A stretch of 20,000 bases of DNA, taken from sequence record SRR20825019_2588; one strand, given 5' to 3'. The notes under the pieces were generated by a model, which had not been told where the DNA came from, searched no databases, and saw only the letters and a list, made by a program, of their open reading frames with translations. A program made the translations under genes and the position numbers. Below, piece by piece: positions 1 through 8,703 of this stretch; the stretch's first letter is position 1; every line of letters starts with the position of its first letter.

Positions 1-474
1 CAGTGCGGCAACAAACTGTTCCGGACTATGCAGTGAATCCCATACAGCCGGCAGGAAAGTAGCACGATGCTGGTCATCTTCCAGTATCAGGCCATCCTCG
101 CCAGCCTTGAGCTGGTTCAACAGGGACTGCTCAGAGTGGCATGAAATCGGCTCAGCTTTACTGAGCACAGAAATATGCACATCCAGTTCATCGAGCATGT
201 TGTCGCTAATCGGCTCAAAACGCTTATCCTGAAACGCTGCTGAGTATGCATTGGCGGCGACATCAACAGCCAGAGGGCGATAAGCTTCCAGTGTACCGAT
301 ACAACCGTGCAGGGCACCGGCATAATACAAAGTCACAAAGCTGGCCCTATCAGCCCTGACTTTCGGCGGTAGACTATTTAGATCCAATGGCATCACAGAC
401 TGATGTTTGAGGCCATATTTAATGGCATCACGGGCGATTTTACGCAGCAGAAAGCGATCAGGCCTGGCAATCAT
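1..474 (-). CDS. amrA: AmmeMemoRadiSam system protein A (AMMECR1 domain), 3' end runs off the window
   Basis: Not in the ORF track. My translation from the ATG at 474 (2 nt after the amrB stop) gives MIARPDRFLLRKIARDAI...ASFVTLYYAGALHGCIGTLEAYRPL...AAFQDKRFEPI...DGLILEDDQHRATFLPAVW, open to position 1. The xGCIG, DxRF and ATFLPxVW motifs are AMMECR1 hallmarks, and the gene is adjacent to amrB and amrS. Confidence 0.93.
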   Translation of the reverse strand, partial: MIARPDRFLLRKIARDAIKYGLKHQSVMPLDLNSLPPKVRADRASFVTLYYAGALHGCIGTLEAYRPLAVDVAANAYSAAFQDKRFEPISDNMLDELDVHISVLSKAEPISCHSEQSLLNQLKAGEDGLILEDDQHRATFLPAVWDSLHSPEQFVAAL

Positions 475-476
475 GG

Positions 477-1265
477 CTACTGAAACAGGTAGGCGCCATA
501 ACCCACGACACTGTCACGCTTGCCAGCGGTATCACCGGAATTTCTTAGATCCAGTATCTGACCCTGCATATGGTGTTCACGGGCGTAGTGCAACAGGCCG
601 TTAATGCCGACACTGCCACAGGCGTGATAACCATCAATGATACGGTTATCCATGCTGATGATAGCTTGGGAAGTTTCTGCATCAACCTCACGGGCACTGT
701 CGTAATCGAGGTAATGACTTAAGTCCGAGCTGATAACTATCAGGGTCTCCGGACCGCCCCAGAGCGTATCGAGCACCTCAGCAACCAGCTTGGGACTGGC
801 GTGCCCGGCCACAATAGGCACAATTTTGAAGTCTTCAAGCAAGTACTGCAGGAAGGGCAGTTGCACTTCCAGGCTGTGCTCTTTGGCATGGGCTTGTTCC
901 AGTACATGCACACCCTCGATTTTCATGATCTGGCTTTCGGCATGGCGGTCAACCGGTATCAGCCCAATTGGTGTCTCGAACCAGTCAACCGAGGAAACGG
1001 CCAGCCCCTCAAAAGGAACCCGGTGCGATGGACCAATAAGCACTACCCGTTTGATGATGTCTTTGCGAGCTTCCAGATGCTTATAGGCGCTGGCAGCGAC
1101 CAGACCGGAATAAACATAACCGGCATGTGGGACGATCAAGGCCTTAGGGGTACTATCTGCCCGTACCGTACTGGCTTGCAGATTTCGGGCAATCATATTG
1201 CTAAGTTTCTCGGCGTCGGCCGGATAAAATAGACCGGCGACGGCACTGGGGCGAACGATTTCCAT
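477..1265 (-). CDS. amrB: AmmeMemoRadiSam system protein B (MEMO1 family)
   Basis: RPSAVAGLFYP, PHAGYVYSG, GPSH, EHSLEVQLPFL, SSDLSHY, ACG and VVGY motifs of Memo proteins. Confidence 0.95.
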   Translation of the reverse strand: MEIVRPSAVAGLFYPADAEKLSNMIARNLQASTVRADSTPKALIVPHAGYVYSGLVAASAYKHLEARKDIIKRVVLIGPSHRVPFEGLAVSSVDWFETPIGLIPVDRHAESQIMKIEGVHVLEQAHAKEHSLEVQLPFLQYLLEDFKIVPIVAGHASPKLVAEVLDTLWGGPETLIVISSDLSHYLDYDSAREVDAETSQAIISMDNRIIDGYHACGSVGINGLLHYAREHHMQGQILDLRNSGDTAGKRDSVVGYGAYLFQ

Positions 1266-1308
1266 GGCAACCCTCCGCTTATCGGCGTAGTATGAATAAG
1301 TATCATCT

Positions 1309-1321
1309 TATCAATGATTTA
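1309..1321 (+). promoter_or_regulatory. Candidate IHF site in the divergent amrB/amrS intergenic region
   Basis: TATCAATGATTTA matches the IHF consensus WATCAANNNNTTR exactly. It is a short motif in AT-rich DNA. Confidence 0.35.
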
Positions 1322-1352
1322 TTGCAATATCTCCTAACAGGGGAGGTGTCAT

Positions 1353-2453
1353 ATGAATCAGAAAAACAGCCAAAGCGACGCGTTTTCCGAGGCGGTGCCG
1401 ACCAAGTATTGGCACCCTCTGGAAGATGGCCGGGTGCAATGCGATTTATGTCCGCGATTTTGCAAACTGCACGAAGGTCAGCGAGGGCTTTGTTTTGTGC
1501 GCGCCAATTATCAGGGAGCGGTAGTACTGACAACCTGGGGTCGCTCCAGCGGTTTTGTCATCGATCCCATTGAAAAAAAGCCACTTAATCACTTTCTCCC
1601 CGGAACACCGGTGCTGTCATTCGGTACGGCCGGCTGCAATCTCGCCTGCAAATTCTGTCAGAACTGGGATATCAGTAAGTCCAGAGAAATGGATACGCTG
1701 ATGGACATGGCCACCCCCGAAAAGCTGGCAGAAAAAGCGAAACAACTGGGCTGCCGAAGTATTGCCTTTACCTACAATGACCCGGTGATTTTCCATGAAT
1801 ATGCCATTGATGTGGCACAAGCCTGCCATGAGCAGGATATTAAAGCGGTGGCCGTGACCGCAGGCTACGTGAGTCCGGAACCACGCAGTGAGTTTTATCG
1901 CTATATGGACGCGGCCAATGTGGATTTAAAAGCCTTCAGCGAACGTTTCTACAAAAAAATCACCGGATCACAGCTGCAGCCGGTACTGGAAACCCTCCAA
2001 TACCTGAAACATGAAACCGATGTCTGGTTTGAACTCACCACATTGTTGATTCCCGGTGAGAATGATTCTGAGCAGGAGGTGACTGAGATGTGCCAGTGGG
2101 TGATTGAGCACTTGGGCCCGGATGTCCCCATGCATTTCAGTGTTTTTCACCCCGACTGGAAAATGATGGATAAATCCTCGACGCCCCCGCAAACTGTGCG
2201 CAGAGCCCGAGATATCGCTATCGAACAGGGTGTACGCTATGCCTATGTGGGAAATATGCATGATATTGAAGCTGACAGTACCTGGTGTCATCACTGTGGC
2301 AGTCTGTTGATCGGTCGGGATTGGTACCAGTTGTCAGCCTGGCAACTGGATGAGAAAGCTTGTTGTCTTAATTGTGGTACGCCCTGTGCCGGTGTGTTTG
2401 AAGCCATGCCCGGATTTTGGGGAGCCAAACGTGTTCTTATAGATATGGCCTGA
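1353..2453 (+). CDS. amrS: AmmeMemoRadiSam system radical SAM enzyme
   Basis: CxxxCxxC motif (GCNLACKFCQN), DPIEKKPL motif, N-terminal CDLCPRFC and C-terminal CHHCG/CLNCG Cys clusters. RBS GGAGG upstream. Divergent from amrB-amrA. Confidence 0.95.
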   Translation: MNQKNSQSDAFSEAVPTKYWHPLEDGRVQCDLCPRFCKLHEGQRGLCFVRANYQGAVVLTTWGRSSGFVIDPIEKKPLNHFLPGTPVLSFGTAGCNLACKFCQNWDISKSREMDTLMDMATPEKLAEKAKQLGCRSIAFTYNDPVIFHEYAIDVAQACHEQDIKAVAVTAGYVSPEPRSEFYRYMDAANVDLKAFSERFYKKITGSQLQPVLETLQYLKHETDVWFELTTLLIPGENDSEQEVTEMCQWVIEHLGPDVPMHFSVFHPDWKMMDKSSTPPQTVRRARDIAIEQGVRYAYVGNMHDIEADSTWCHHCGSLLIGRDWYQLSAWQLDEKACCLNCGTPCAGVFEAMPGFWGAKRVLIDMA

Positions 2454-2472
2454 GCTTGAGAGGAGAGTAACG

Positions 2473-3267
2473 ATGTTGATGCTAGCTTGGTCACTCATTA
2501 CTGTATTGGTTTTGCTGTGGGTGTCGATTCGTATTTATAGAAAAAGCAAATCGCCGAAACTCAAAGTCAGTCCCAGAAAAATGCTGATGGATAAGCTGGT
2601 GTGGGATTTTAAATCGCAGTTAGAGCGTGCGGTTGGTGAAGATTATGATGTTTATCCGCATATACGGCTGGCGGATCTGCTGGTGATAGACCCGGACAAG
2701 GATAAAAAAGCCCGGCAAATCCAGTCACGGATTGAAGCGACGTCAACCGATCTGGTTCTGACTGAAAAAGCGACCGGAAAAATCGCCTGTGTGCTGATTC
2801 TGATTCATCAGGAAAAACTGGGTAGCAGACAACAGTTCATTCGTCAGATATGTAAGCAGGGCAAGTTGCCATTTCAGATATTTGATGTCAATAATGCCTT
2901 CAGCGACAAACAAATTCGCCAGGAAATCACCTTGTTGCTGGAACCGACGATAAGACTGGATGAAAGCCCCAGCCATGATATCAAGGTCTATCTTGACCCG
3001 GTACAGGCGCAGCAGACAAGGAATAAAGTCGAATCGCAGTTGCCGGAGATGCAGGATAAAAAACAAAAGTCCGATACACACCCGGGAGAACAACAGAAAA
3101 CGCACATTGCCGAGCCAGAGCAAAAAGCGCAATATCATAAAGCGAAAAAAGCCGAGCCCGATCTGGTCGGGGGAAGTTATAAAAAGCATGAGGCAGAGCC
3201 GAAGCTGCGTGAGCAATCTCATAAAAAGCAAGAAGCCGAGCCGGAGTTTGATTTATCTGTCGACTGA
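2473..3267 (+). CDS. Membrane-anchored DUF2726-like protein with a repetitive charged C-terminal tail
   Basis: N-terminal TM helix. VYPHIRLADLL, DLVL and ICKQGKLP segments resemble DUF2726. RBS GAGGAG; starts 19 nt after the amrS stop. Confidence 0.65.
   Translation: MLMLAWSLITVLVLLWVSIRIYRKSKSPKLKVSPRKMLMDKLVWDFKSQLERAVGEDYDVYPHIRLADLLVIDPDKDKKARQIQSRIEATSTDLVLTEKATGKIACVLILIHQEKLGSRQQFIRQICKQGKLPFQIFDVNNAFSDKQIRQEITLLLEPTIRLDESPSHDIKVYLDPVQAQQTRNKVESQLPEMQDKKQKSDTHPGEQQKTHIAEPEQKAQYHKAKKAEPDLVGGSYKKHEAEPKLREQSHKKQEAEPEFDLSVD
3109..3264 (+). repeat. Degenerate 42-bp (14-aa) tandem repeat inside the DUF2726-like CDS
   Basis: GCN GAG CCN (Ala-Glu-Pro) starts at 3109, 3151, 3193 and 3235. Units: AEPEQKAQYHKAKK / AEPDLVGGSYKKHE / AEPKLREQSHKKQE / AEPEFDLSVD. 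Confidence 0.8.
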
Positions 3268-3285
3268 CAAGGACCTATTGAGATC

Positions 3286-3705
3286 ATGACGAATCCACAA
3301 TCCAGGGTAAAACTTCTTAAACCAAGCCAGGTCAATGCCTGTAAACAACTGGCAGAGTCTCAACTTAACGACAACAAGCGCGCTGCTGCGCTGCTCGCCA
3401 TTCACCAGGGCCAAACCCATGCACAGGCCGCCGAATCCAGTAGTCTTAGCATTGGTCAGGTCAAATATATTGTTACCCGATTTCGTAAACTGGGAATGAA
3501 GGCCCTGCATGTCTTGCAGGAAAGCCCTGACAATGCTGTCGAAACAGCGGTTGAAGCACCAGTGACCAAAGCCCGAAAGAAAAAAGACAAAGCAGATAAA
3601 AAAGCCAAGAAAGCAAAGAAAATCAAAAATAAAGAGAAAAAAACTAAGAAAAAAGATAAAAGCGATAAAAAAAAGAATAAGAAAAAGCTTAAGAACAAAA
3701 AATAA
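3286..3705 (+). CDS. Helix-turn-helix protein with a lysine-rich C-terminal tail
   Basis: RAAALLAIHQGQTHAQAAESSSLSIGQVKYIVTRFRKLGMKAL resembles a homeodomain-like HTH (IS630 N-terminus type). 28 of the last 45 residues are Lys. Confidence 0.7.
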   Translation: MTNPQSRVKLLKPSQVNACKQLAESQLNDNKRAAALLAIHQGQTHAQAAESSSLSIGQVKYIVTRFRKLGMKALHVLQESPDNAVETAVEAPVTKARKKKDKADKKAKKAKKIKNKEKKTKKKDKSDKKKNKKKLKNKK

Positions 3706-3787
3706 GCGTTGTAATCCATCAGTTGCTGCGGTCAGTATTGACGAAGTAGCAGGTTAAGGATGCCAGGGAGCATCTCAGGGGACGATA

Positions 3788-6343
3788 GTGAAACCACGCC
3801 TTTGCGTTGTTTTCTTCAGGTTTGTGTTTGCCGCTGCCATTCTGGCAATTACCGCTGCAAGCTATGCCGAGCCCGTTCCATTACGGGTCGGTGTCTATGA
3901 CAACCCGCCAAAGTTGTTGCTCAGTGAGCAGGGTGAAGTCAGTGGCATTCTGGGGGATTTGTTGCAGCAAATTGCCAGTCGCGAGAACTGGCGAGTTGAC
4001 CCGGTTCCCTGTAGCTGGAGCGTCTGTCTCAAGATGCTGGAAAATGGCGAGCTGGACTTGCTGCCCGATGTTGCAAGAACCCAGGCCCGCGAACAGCGCT
4101 ATCAGTTTCATACAGAACCGGCATTAATGAGTTGGTCACAGGTCTATACCGCGGATGATGTCAGACTGAGTAATTTGCTGGATCTGGACGGTAAAACCGT
4201 CGCTGTCCTTGATGGGTCGGTTCAGGAAGATTATCTGCATAAGCTGGCCACCAATTTCTCTCTTGATGTGAACTGGCTGCCTTCCAATGATCTCGATAAT
4301 GCCTTTAACGCCGTCGTCAATGGCGAGGCTGATGCCGTTGTCTCCAGCCACTATTACGGCAACAATAAAATGCAGGCCTTATCGCTCAATGCGACGCCCA
4401 TTTTGTTTCAGCCCGCCCGTCTTTTCTATGCTGTTTCACCCCATCGGGACGGTGCCATTCTGGAAGTCATTGATGCCTACCTGACACGTTGGAAAGTCAT
4501 GCCCGACTCGGTCTATTACCAGACACTGGAAAAATGGACCTTGCCCTCAGAAAAGCCGATCCCAGTCATCATCTGGTGGCTCCTGGCGGCATTGATGATG
4601 ATCCTGATACTGGTCGTCACTTTTAATCTGACCCTACGCAGACAAGTCAACCTTAAGACCCGTGGCCTGTTTGAAAGTGAAAACAGGCTGAACACGATAC
4701 TCAATAGTCTGGATGCGATTGTTTATATCAAGGATCGCCAACATCGTTATCGCTATATCAATGAGAAAGTGACGGTTCTGACCGGCTTTACACCTGAAGC
4801 CTTGATTGGCGAAACCGATGAGAAAATTTTTAATGATGAGACCTGTAAGCACCTGAGACAGAATGATTTGAAAGTGCTTGAATACGGCGAACGTCTGGTT
4901 GAGGAAGAAGAGGTCAGTGACACCCGAAGCGGCGATACACGCCATTTTCTCTCTGTGAAAATTCCACTGCGGGACGCTTTCAATAAAATTTATGCTTTGT
5001 GTGGTATTTCAACGGATATCACTAACAACAAAAAAATGCATGAGCGCATCCAGGCGCTGGAGTTCTCCGATCCCCTGACGGGCCTGCCCAATCGCTTTGA
5101 GTTGTTCAGACGAATTGACACTGTGCTGCAGGAAGATGCTTCAGCCAACGGCGCCGTCATGGTGGTGGATGTGGATGATTTCAAAATGATTAATGAATCA
5201 CGCAGCCATGGTCAGGGTGATGAATTATTGGCACAAATTGCACAACGGCTGCTCTCCTATAACCAGAAAGCGATGAGTGTCGCCCGAATCAGCTCTGATG
5301 AGTTTGCCTGTCTGGTTCAGCTTTCGGCGGAACAAGATGCCAGAGAGTTCATAACGGCAATGGCCAGGGATGTGAGGCAACTTCTTTCTGTCCCTTATCA
5401 ACTCAGCAAAGGGCATTACAATGCCAGCGTCTGTATTGGTATAGCGCTGTTCAGCGATGCCGAGGGCCAGACTGAGCGTCTAATCAGGCTGGCCGATCTG
5501 GCGCTCAACGAAGCCAAACATCACGGTCGTAATAGCCAGCGCTTTTTTAATCCGAAGATGCAGGAAGCCATTAATCGCCGCAGTGTGCTCGAAGTCGCTC
5601 TGCGTGATGCTATCGAAAAACAGCAAATAGCGCTCTATCTTCAGCCGCAGGTTGATGACAACGGGACAATTATCGGCATGGAAGCGTTGCTTCGCTGGCA
5701 TGACAGGGCAATGGGAACAATTGCCCCCACCGAATTTATCCCGATTGCTGAAGACAGCGGCTTGATCATTCCACTCGGGGAGTGGGTTATCCAGACGGCC
5801 TGCGAGGTGCTGGCGCAATGGGCCGATGATTCAGAGACAGCAGACTGGACGCTGGCAGTCAATATCAGCCCGCGTCAGTTCCGGCATAGTCGTTTTGCTG
5901 AGCATGTCGAACAGACTCTCCGCCAAGCTGGCATTGATGCCGGAAAACTCAAGTTTGAAGTCACTGAAAACCTGCTTATTGATAACCTGCAACAGGTGGC
6001 AGAACGTATGAACACACTGCAGTCACTGGGTATTCAATTCGCACTGGATGATTTCGGTACCGGCTATGCCTCCCTGAGCTATCTGAAACTGTTGCCCATT
6101 CATCAGCTCAAGATCGATCAGTCTTTTGTTCGCGAACTGGTCCATAACCCTGATGATGAAGCAATCATCAAAACGATTCTGGCACTGGGACAGACTCTGG
6201 AACTGGCGGTCATTGCTGAAGGTGTCGAGACTCAGGAACAGGCGGAGCGTTTGCGGAAACTGGGCTGCAGGCAGTTCCAGGGCTTCCTGTATGGACGGCC
6301 AGCGCCGGCCGCTGATAGTTTCAAACAACGTCGGATGGGTTGA
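3788..6343 (+). CDS. c-di-GMP signalling protein: periplasmic family-3 SBP sensor, TM, PAS, degenerate GGDEF, EAL (probable phosphodiesterase)
   Basis: Signal peptide and LRVGVYDNPP SBP start; TM IIWWLLAALMMILILVV; PAS (IVYIKD...STDIT); DPLTGLPNR and ARISSDEF; MEALLRW, DDFGTGYASL, LKIDQSF, AEGVET, QGFLY. Confidence 0.92.
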   Translation: MKPRLCVVFFRFVFAAAILAITAASYAEPVPLRVGVYDNPPKLLLSEQGEVSGILGDLLQQIASRENWRVDPVPCSWSVCLKMLENGELDLLPDVARTQAREQRYQFHTEPALMSWSQVYTADDVRLSNLLDLDGKTVAVLDGSVQEDYLHKLATNFSLDVNWLPSNDLDNAFNAVVNGEADAVVSSHYYGNNKMQALSLNATPILFQPARLFYAVSPHRDGAILEVIDAYLTRWKVMPDSVYYQTLEKWTLPSEKPIPVIIWWLLAALMMILILVVTFNLTLRRQVNLKTRGLFESENRLNTILNSLDAIVYIKDRQHRYRYINEKVTVLTGFTPEALIGETDEKIFNDETCKHLRQNDLKVLEYGERLVEEEEVSDTRSGDTRHFLSVKIPLRDAFNKIYALCGISTDITNNKKMHERIQALEFSDPLTGLPNRFELFRRIDTVLQEDASANGAVMVVDVDDFKMINESRSHGQGDELLAQIAQRLLSYNQKAMSVARISSDEFACLVQLSAEQDAREFITAMARDVRQLLSVPYQLSKGHYNASVCIGIALFSDAEGQTERLIRLADLALNEAKHHGRNSQRFFNPKMQEAINRRSVLEVALRDAIEKQQIALYLQPQVDDNGTIIGMEALLRWHDRAMGTIAPTEFIPIAEDSGLIIPLGEWVIQTACEVLAQWADDSETADWTLAVNISPRQFRHSRFAEHVEQTLRQAGIDAGKLKFEVTENLLIDNLQQVAERMNTLQSLGIQFALDDFGTGYASLSYLKLLPIHQLKIDQSFVRELVHNPDDEAIIKTILALGQTLELAVIAEGVETQEQAERLRKLGCRQFQGFLYGRPAPAADSFKQRRMG

Positions 6344-6369
6344 TCCAGGTCATTGACCTGTGATTTTGC

Positions 6370-6396
6370 TTAACTCTTCGCTCTTATTGCCGATAA
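6370..6396 (+). promoter_or_regulatory. Candidate sigma28 (FliA) promoter for the aer-like gene
   Basis: TTAA-N15-GCCGATAA. The -10 element (6389-6396) is a perfect match and is correctly spaced from a TAAA-like -35. It lies about 60 nt upstream of a chemoreceptor gene. Confidence 0.65.
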
Positions 6397-6454
6397 CCTC
6401 TGCGGGCAGACGACAACACCAGTTTCAGTTGATGCCCGTTTTAAGGTAGAAACA

Positions 6455-8038
6455 ATGAAGAAAAACTTACCCGTTACTGACAACGAAGTCACATTTGAAG
6501 AAGAACTCATTTCCACCACCGATCTGAAAGGTGCCATCACCGGATTTAATTCGGCGTTTGAGGATGTCAGTGGTTTTCCGGGCGATGAAATGCTTGGAAA
6601 AAACCACAATGTGATCCGTCATCCGGATATGCCACCGGCGGCCTTTGAAGACTTGTGGGATACCATCAAGGCTAAAGACCATTGGATGGGTATCGTCAAA
6701 AACCGCAGTAAGAACGGTGATTATTACTGGGTTGATGCCTATGTGACCCCGATTTTCAACGGTCAGCAAATCGTCGGTTATGAATCAGTGCGTATCAAGC
6801 CCAAAGCGGAATACGTTAAAAGGGCACAAACGCTTTACCAGCAAATCAATGCGGGCAAAAAGCCCCGGCTAGGTAGTTTCTTGAACCGCTTCGGGTTGAA
6901 GCATAAAAATGCGTTAAGCATGGGTGCTGTCGTTGTGCTGACCATGATAGCGACCCAACTGGATATGGTTAAGGCATTACCGTTTTTCTTACCCATGATC
7001 ATTCCATTACTGGTCGGTGCGGCAACCTACGGCCTTTTGACCAAATGGGTATTTGCCAGTCTGGACCGTGCATTGAAAGAAGCCCGTAAAGAAGTCGACA
7101 ATCCCTTGATGACCATGGTCTATACCGGTAACAACGATGAAATTGGCCAATTGACGCTGGTGAATAAACTGACTCAGGCTAAACTGAACACGGTGTTGGT
7201 AAGATTGAGAGATACGGCAACAAAAATCGACTCAGAAGCGCAGGACACTTTCAGTTCGCAACAGTCCATCATGGAGTCGATTCAGTCACAGGCATCCCAG
7301 ACAGACCAGGTTGCCACAGCAATGACAGAGATGACCTCAAGCATTCAGGAAGTCTCCAATAATGCCAGCAGAGCCGCGTCTACGGCATCAGAAGTGGATG
7401 ACCTGACAAAAGCCAGTGAGCGTAAAGCCTCAACGGCGGTCAGCAGCCTGGGTTCACTGGATGCTGCTTTTAGTGATATCAATAGCATTATTAGCGAACT
7501 GGAAGACGATTCCAGCGCGATTAATCCGATTATCGGTGTCATCAGTGATATTGCTGAGCAGACTAATTTACTGGCGTTGAACGCCGCCATCGAGGCAGCA
7601 CGGGCAGGGGAGTATGGGCGGGGCTTTGCCGTAGTGGCAGATGAGGTCCGCTCATTGGCAAGCCGAACCCAACAATCTACGCAGGAGATTTCAACACTTA
7701 TCCAGAAGCTGGATCAGGCGGTGGATAAGGTTGTTTCCGGGATGAAAAAGACACAGGAAACAGCCTCATCAAGCCGCGAAGATATTTCCGCATCGATTAG
7801 CTCTGTGTCCAGTATTAAGGATAAGGTTCAGGAACTGAATGATCTCAATACACTGATAGCGACTGCGGTTGAGGAGCAGAGTGCCGTCAGTGATGATATA
7901 AACCGCAATGTGGTACAGATCAGTAGTGAGGCTGAAAGCGTCGTATCCAATGCCAATCTGGTCAATACCAATGCGGAAAACCTCGCTGAAGAGTCATCCG
8001 CTTTGTTAAATATGATTCGGCGTTTCAGCCAGTCATAA
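6455..8038 (+). CDS. aer: Aer-type PAS-domain methyl-accepting chemotaxis (aerotaxis/energy taxis) receptor
   Basis: N-terminal PAS with [10 protein letters not shown] and [12 protein letters not shown], hydrophobic membrane anchor, and MCP signalling core [37 protein letters not shown]. Confidence 0.9.
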   Translation: MKKNLPVTDNEVTFEEELISTTDLKGAITGFNSAFEDVSGFPGDEMLGKNHNVIRHPDMPPAAFEDLWDTIKAKDHWMGIVKNRSKNGDYYWVDAYVTPIFNGQQIVGYESVRIKPKAEYVKRAQTLYQQINAGKKPRLGSFLNRFGLKHKNALSMGAVVVLTMIATQLDMVKALPFFLPMIIPLLVGAATYGLLTKWVFASLDRALKEARKEVDNPLMTMVYTGNNDEIGQLTLVNKLTQAKLNTVLVRLRDTATKIDSEAQDTFSSQQSIMESIQSQASQTDQVATAMTEMTSSIQEVSNNASRAASTASEVDDLTKASERKASTAVSSLGSLDAAFSDINSIISELEDDSSAINPIIGVISDIAEQTNLLALNAAIEAARAGEYGRGFAVVADEVRSLASRTQQSTQEISTLIQKLDQAVDKVVSGMKKTQETASSSREDISASISSVSSIKDKVQELNDLNTLIATAVEEQSAVSDDINRNVVQISSEAESVVSNANLVNTNAENLAEESSALLNMIRRFSQS

Positions 8039-8050
8039 GTCTATAAAAAT

Positions 8051-8088
8051 AAAAAGGGGCTGAGACTTAGAAGTCTCAGCCCCTTTTT
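8051..8088. terminator. Bidirectional rho-independent terminator
   Basis: AAAAAGGGGCTGAGACTT-AG-AAGTCTCAGCCCCTTTTT is a perfect inverted repeat with A/T tails, between two convergent genes. Confidence 0.92.
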
Positions 8089-8100
8089 TAGGTTTCAATC

Positions 8101-8409
8101 TCAGCAGTTGCCTTTTTTGGCTTGTCCCGGCGGGCAGAAATGACCACCATGATGATCATCAATATAGACTTTACCGTGATGATTGTCATTACGATGCCCA
8201 TCTTCATCTGTATTGACTGCGACACCCGCAGCTGCACCGACAGCACCGCCAATCATGGCACCGTCCTTACCGCCAACTTCATTACCTACAGCCGCACCGA
8301 TGGCACCACCGATTCCGCCGCCGACAGCCGCGTCCAGTGTGGATGAGTCATCAGCCATAATCGGTGCTGAAAATAGACCCAAACTAAATAAAATCATCAT
8401 GAGCTTCAT
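8101..8409 (-). CDS. Small secreted glycine-zipper protein with a His-rich segment and a CPPGQAKKGNC C-terminus
   Basis: ATG at 8409 after a GGAGGT RBS (preferred over the ORF-track start at 8424). Signal peptide MKLMMILFSLGLFSAPIMA and GGGIGGAIGAAVG...GGAVGAAAG glycine zipper. Confidence 0.8.
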   Translation of the reverse strand: MKLMMILFSLGLFSAPIMADDSSTLDAAVGGGIGGAIGAAVGNEVGGKDGAMIGGAVGAAAGVAVNTDEDGHRNDNHHGKVYIDDHHGGHFCPPGQAKKGNC

Positions 8410-8529
8410 ACGAATTACCTCCACGTTAATGCTTTGAACTATGACAGTTTCAGCAAGCTAAGTCTGTGATGACTTTCAGATCACAAGCAAAGTGCTACCT
8501 AGAAGAGTTCTTTTTCAAACTTCAGGCAC

Positions 8530-8564
8530 AAAAAAAGCAGTTATCGCAAGGCGAATAACTACTT
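8530..8564 (-). terminator. Rho-independent terminator immediately downstream of the tRNA remnant
   Basis: Minus strand reads AAGTAGTTATTCGC-CTT-GCGATAACTGC-TTTTTTT: a hairpin with one bulge and one G-U pair, followed by a U tract. Confidence 0.7.
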
Positions 8565-8579
8565 AATTATATTTACTTT

Positions 8580-8614
8580 GGGAGGATTCAAACCTCTGAT
8601 CGCAAGGTTCCTAG
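8580..8614 (-). pseudogene. Degenerate 3' half of tRNA-Arg(ACG-type), probable att-site remnant
   Basis: Minus strand CTAGGAACCTTGCGATCAGAGGTTTGAATCCTCCC matches the E. coli tRNA-Arg(ACG) segment CTACGAACCGAGCGGTCGGAGGTTCGAATCCTCCC (recalled from memory) at 29/35. It covers the anticodon loop, variable loop and T arm. There is no D arm, no 5' half and no CCA. Confidence 0.7.
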
Positions 8615-8703
8615 AATCGTAGTTAATTTTCAAATAACTAACTATATCATGTGGTTACCATTGTATAACTTAACATTAAAAGTCATGGTTTTTACGAAAG
8701 AAA

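Noticed and set aside
117-1573. Short alternative-frame ORFs (117-323, 407-604, 790-1086, 801-1232, 1292-1573) and similar ones across the window
   Set aside because: They overlap well-supported genes in other frames or strands and have no recognisable motifs.
3286-3705. IS630-family transposase remnant
   Set aside because: Only the HTH resembles it. I saw no DDE domain, terminal inverted repeats or frameshifted continuation.
3456-3719. Hydrophobic Phe/Leu-rich 87-aa ORF on the minus strand
   Set aside because: It is the antisense shadow of the AAA/AAG lysine codons of the 3286-3705 gene.
8560-8660. Functional tRNA gene
   Set aside because: Only the anticodon-loop-to-T-arm part is recognisable. 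There is no D arm, acceptor stem pairing or CCA, and the T loop is mutated. Kept as an att remnant only.
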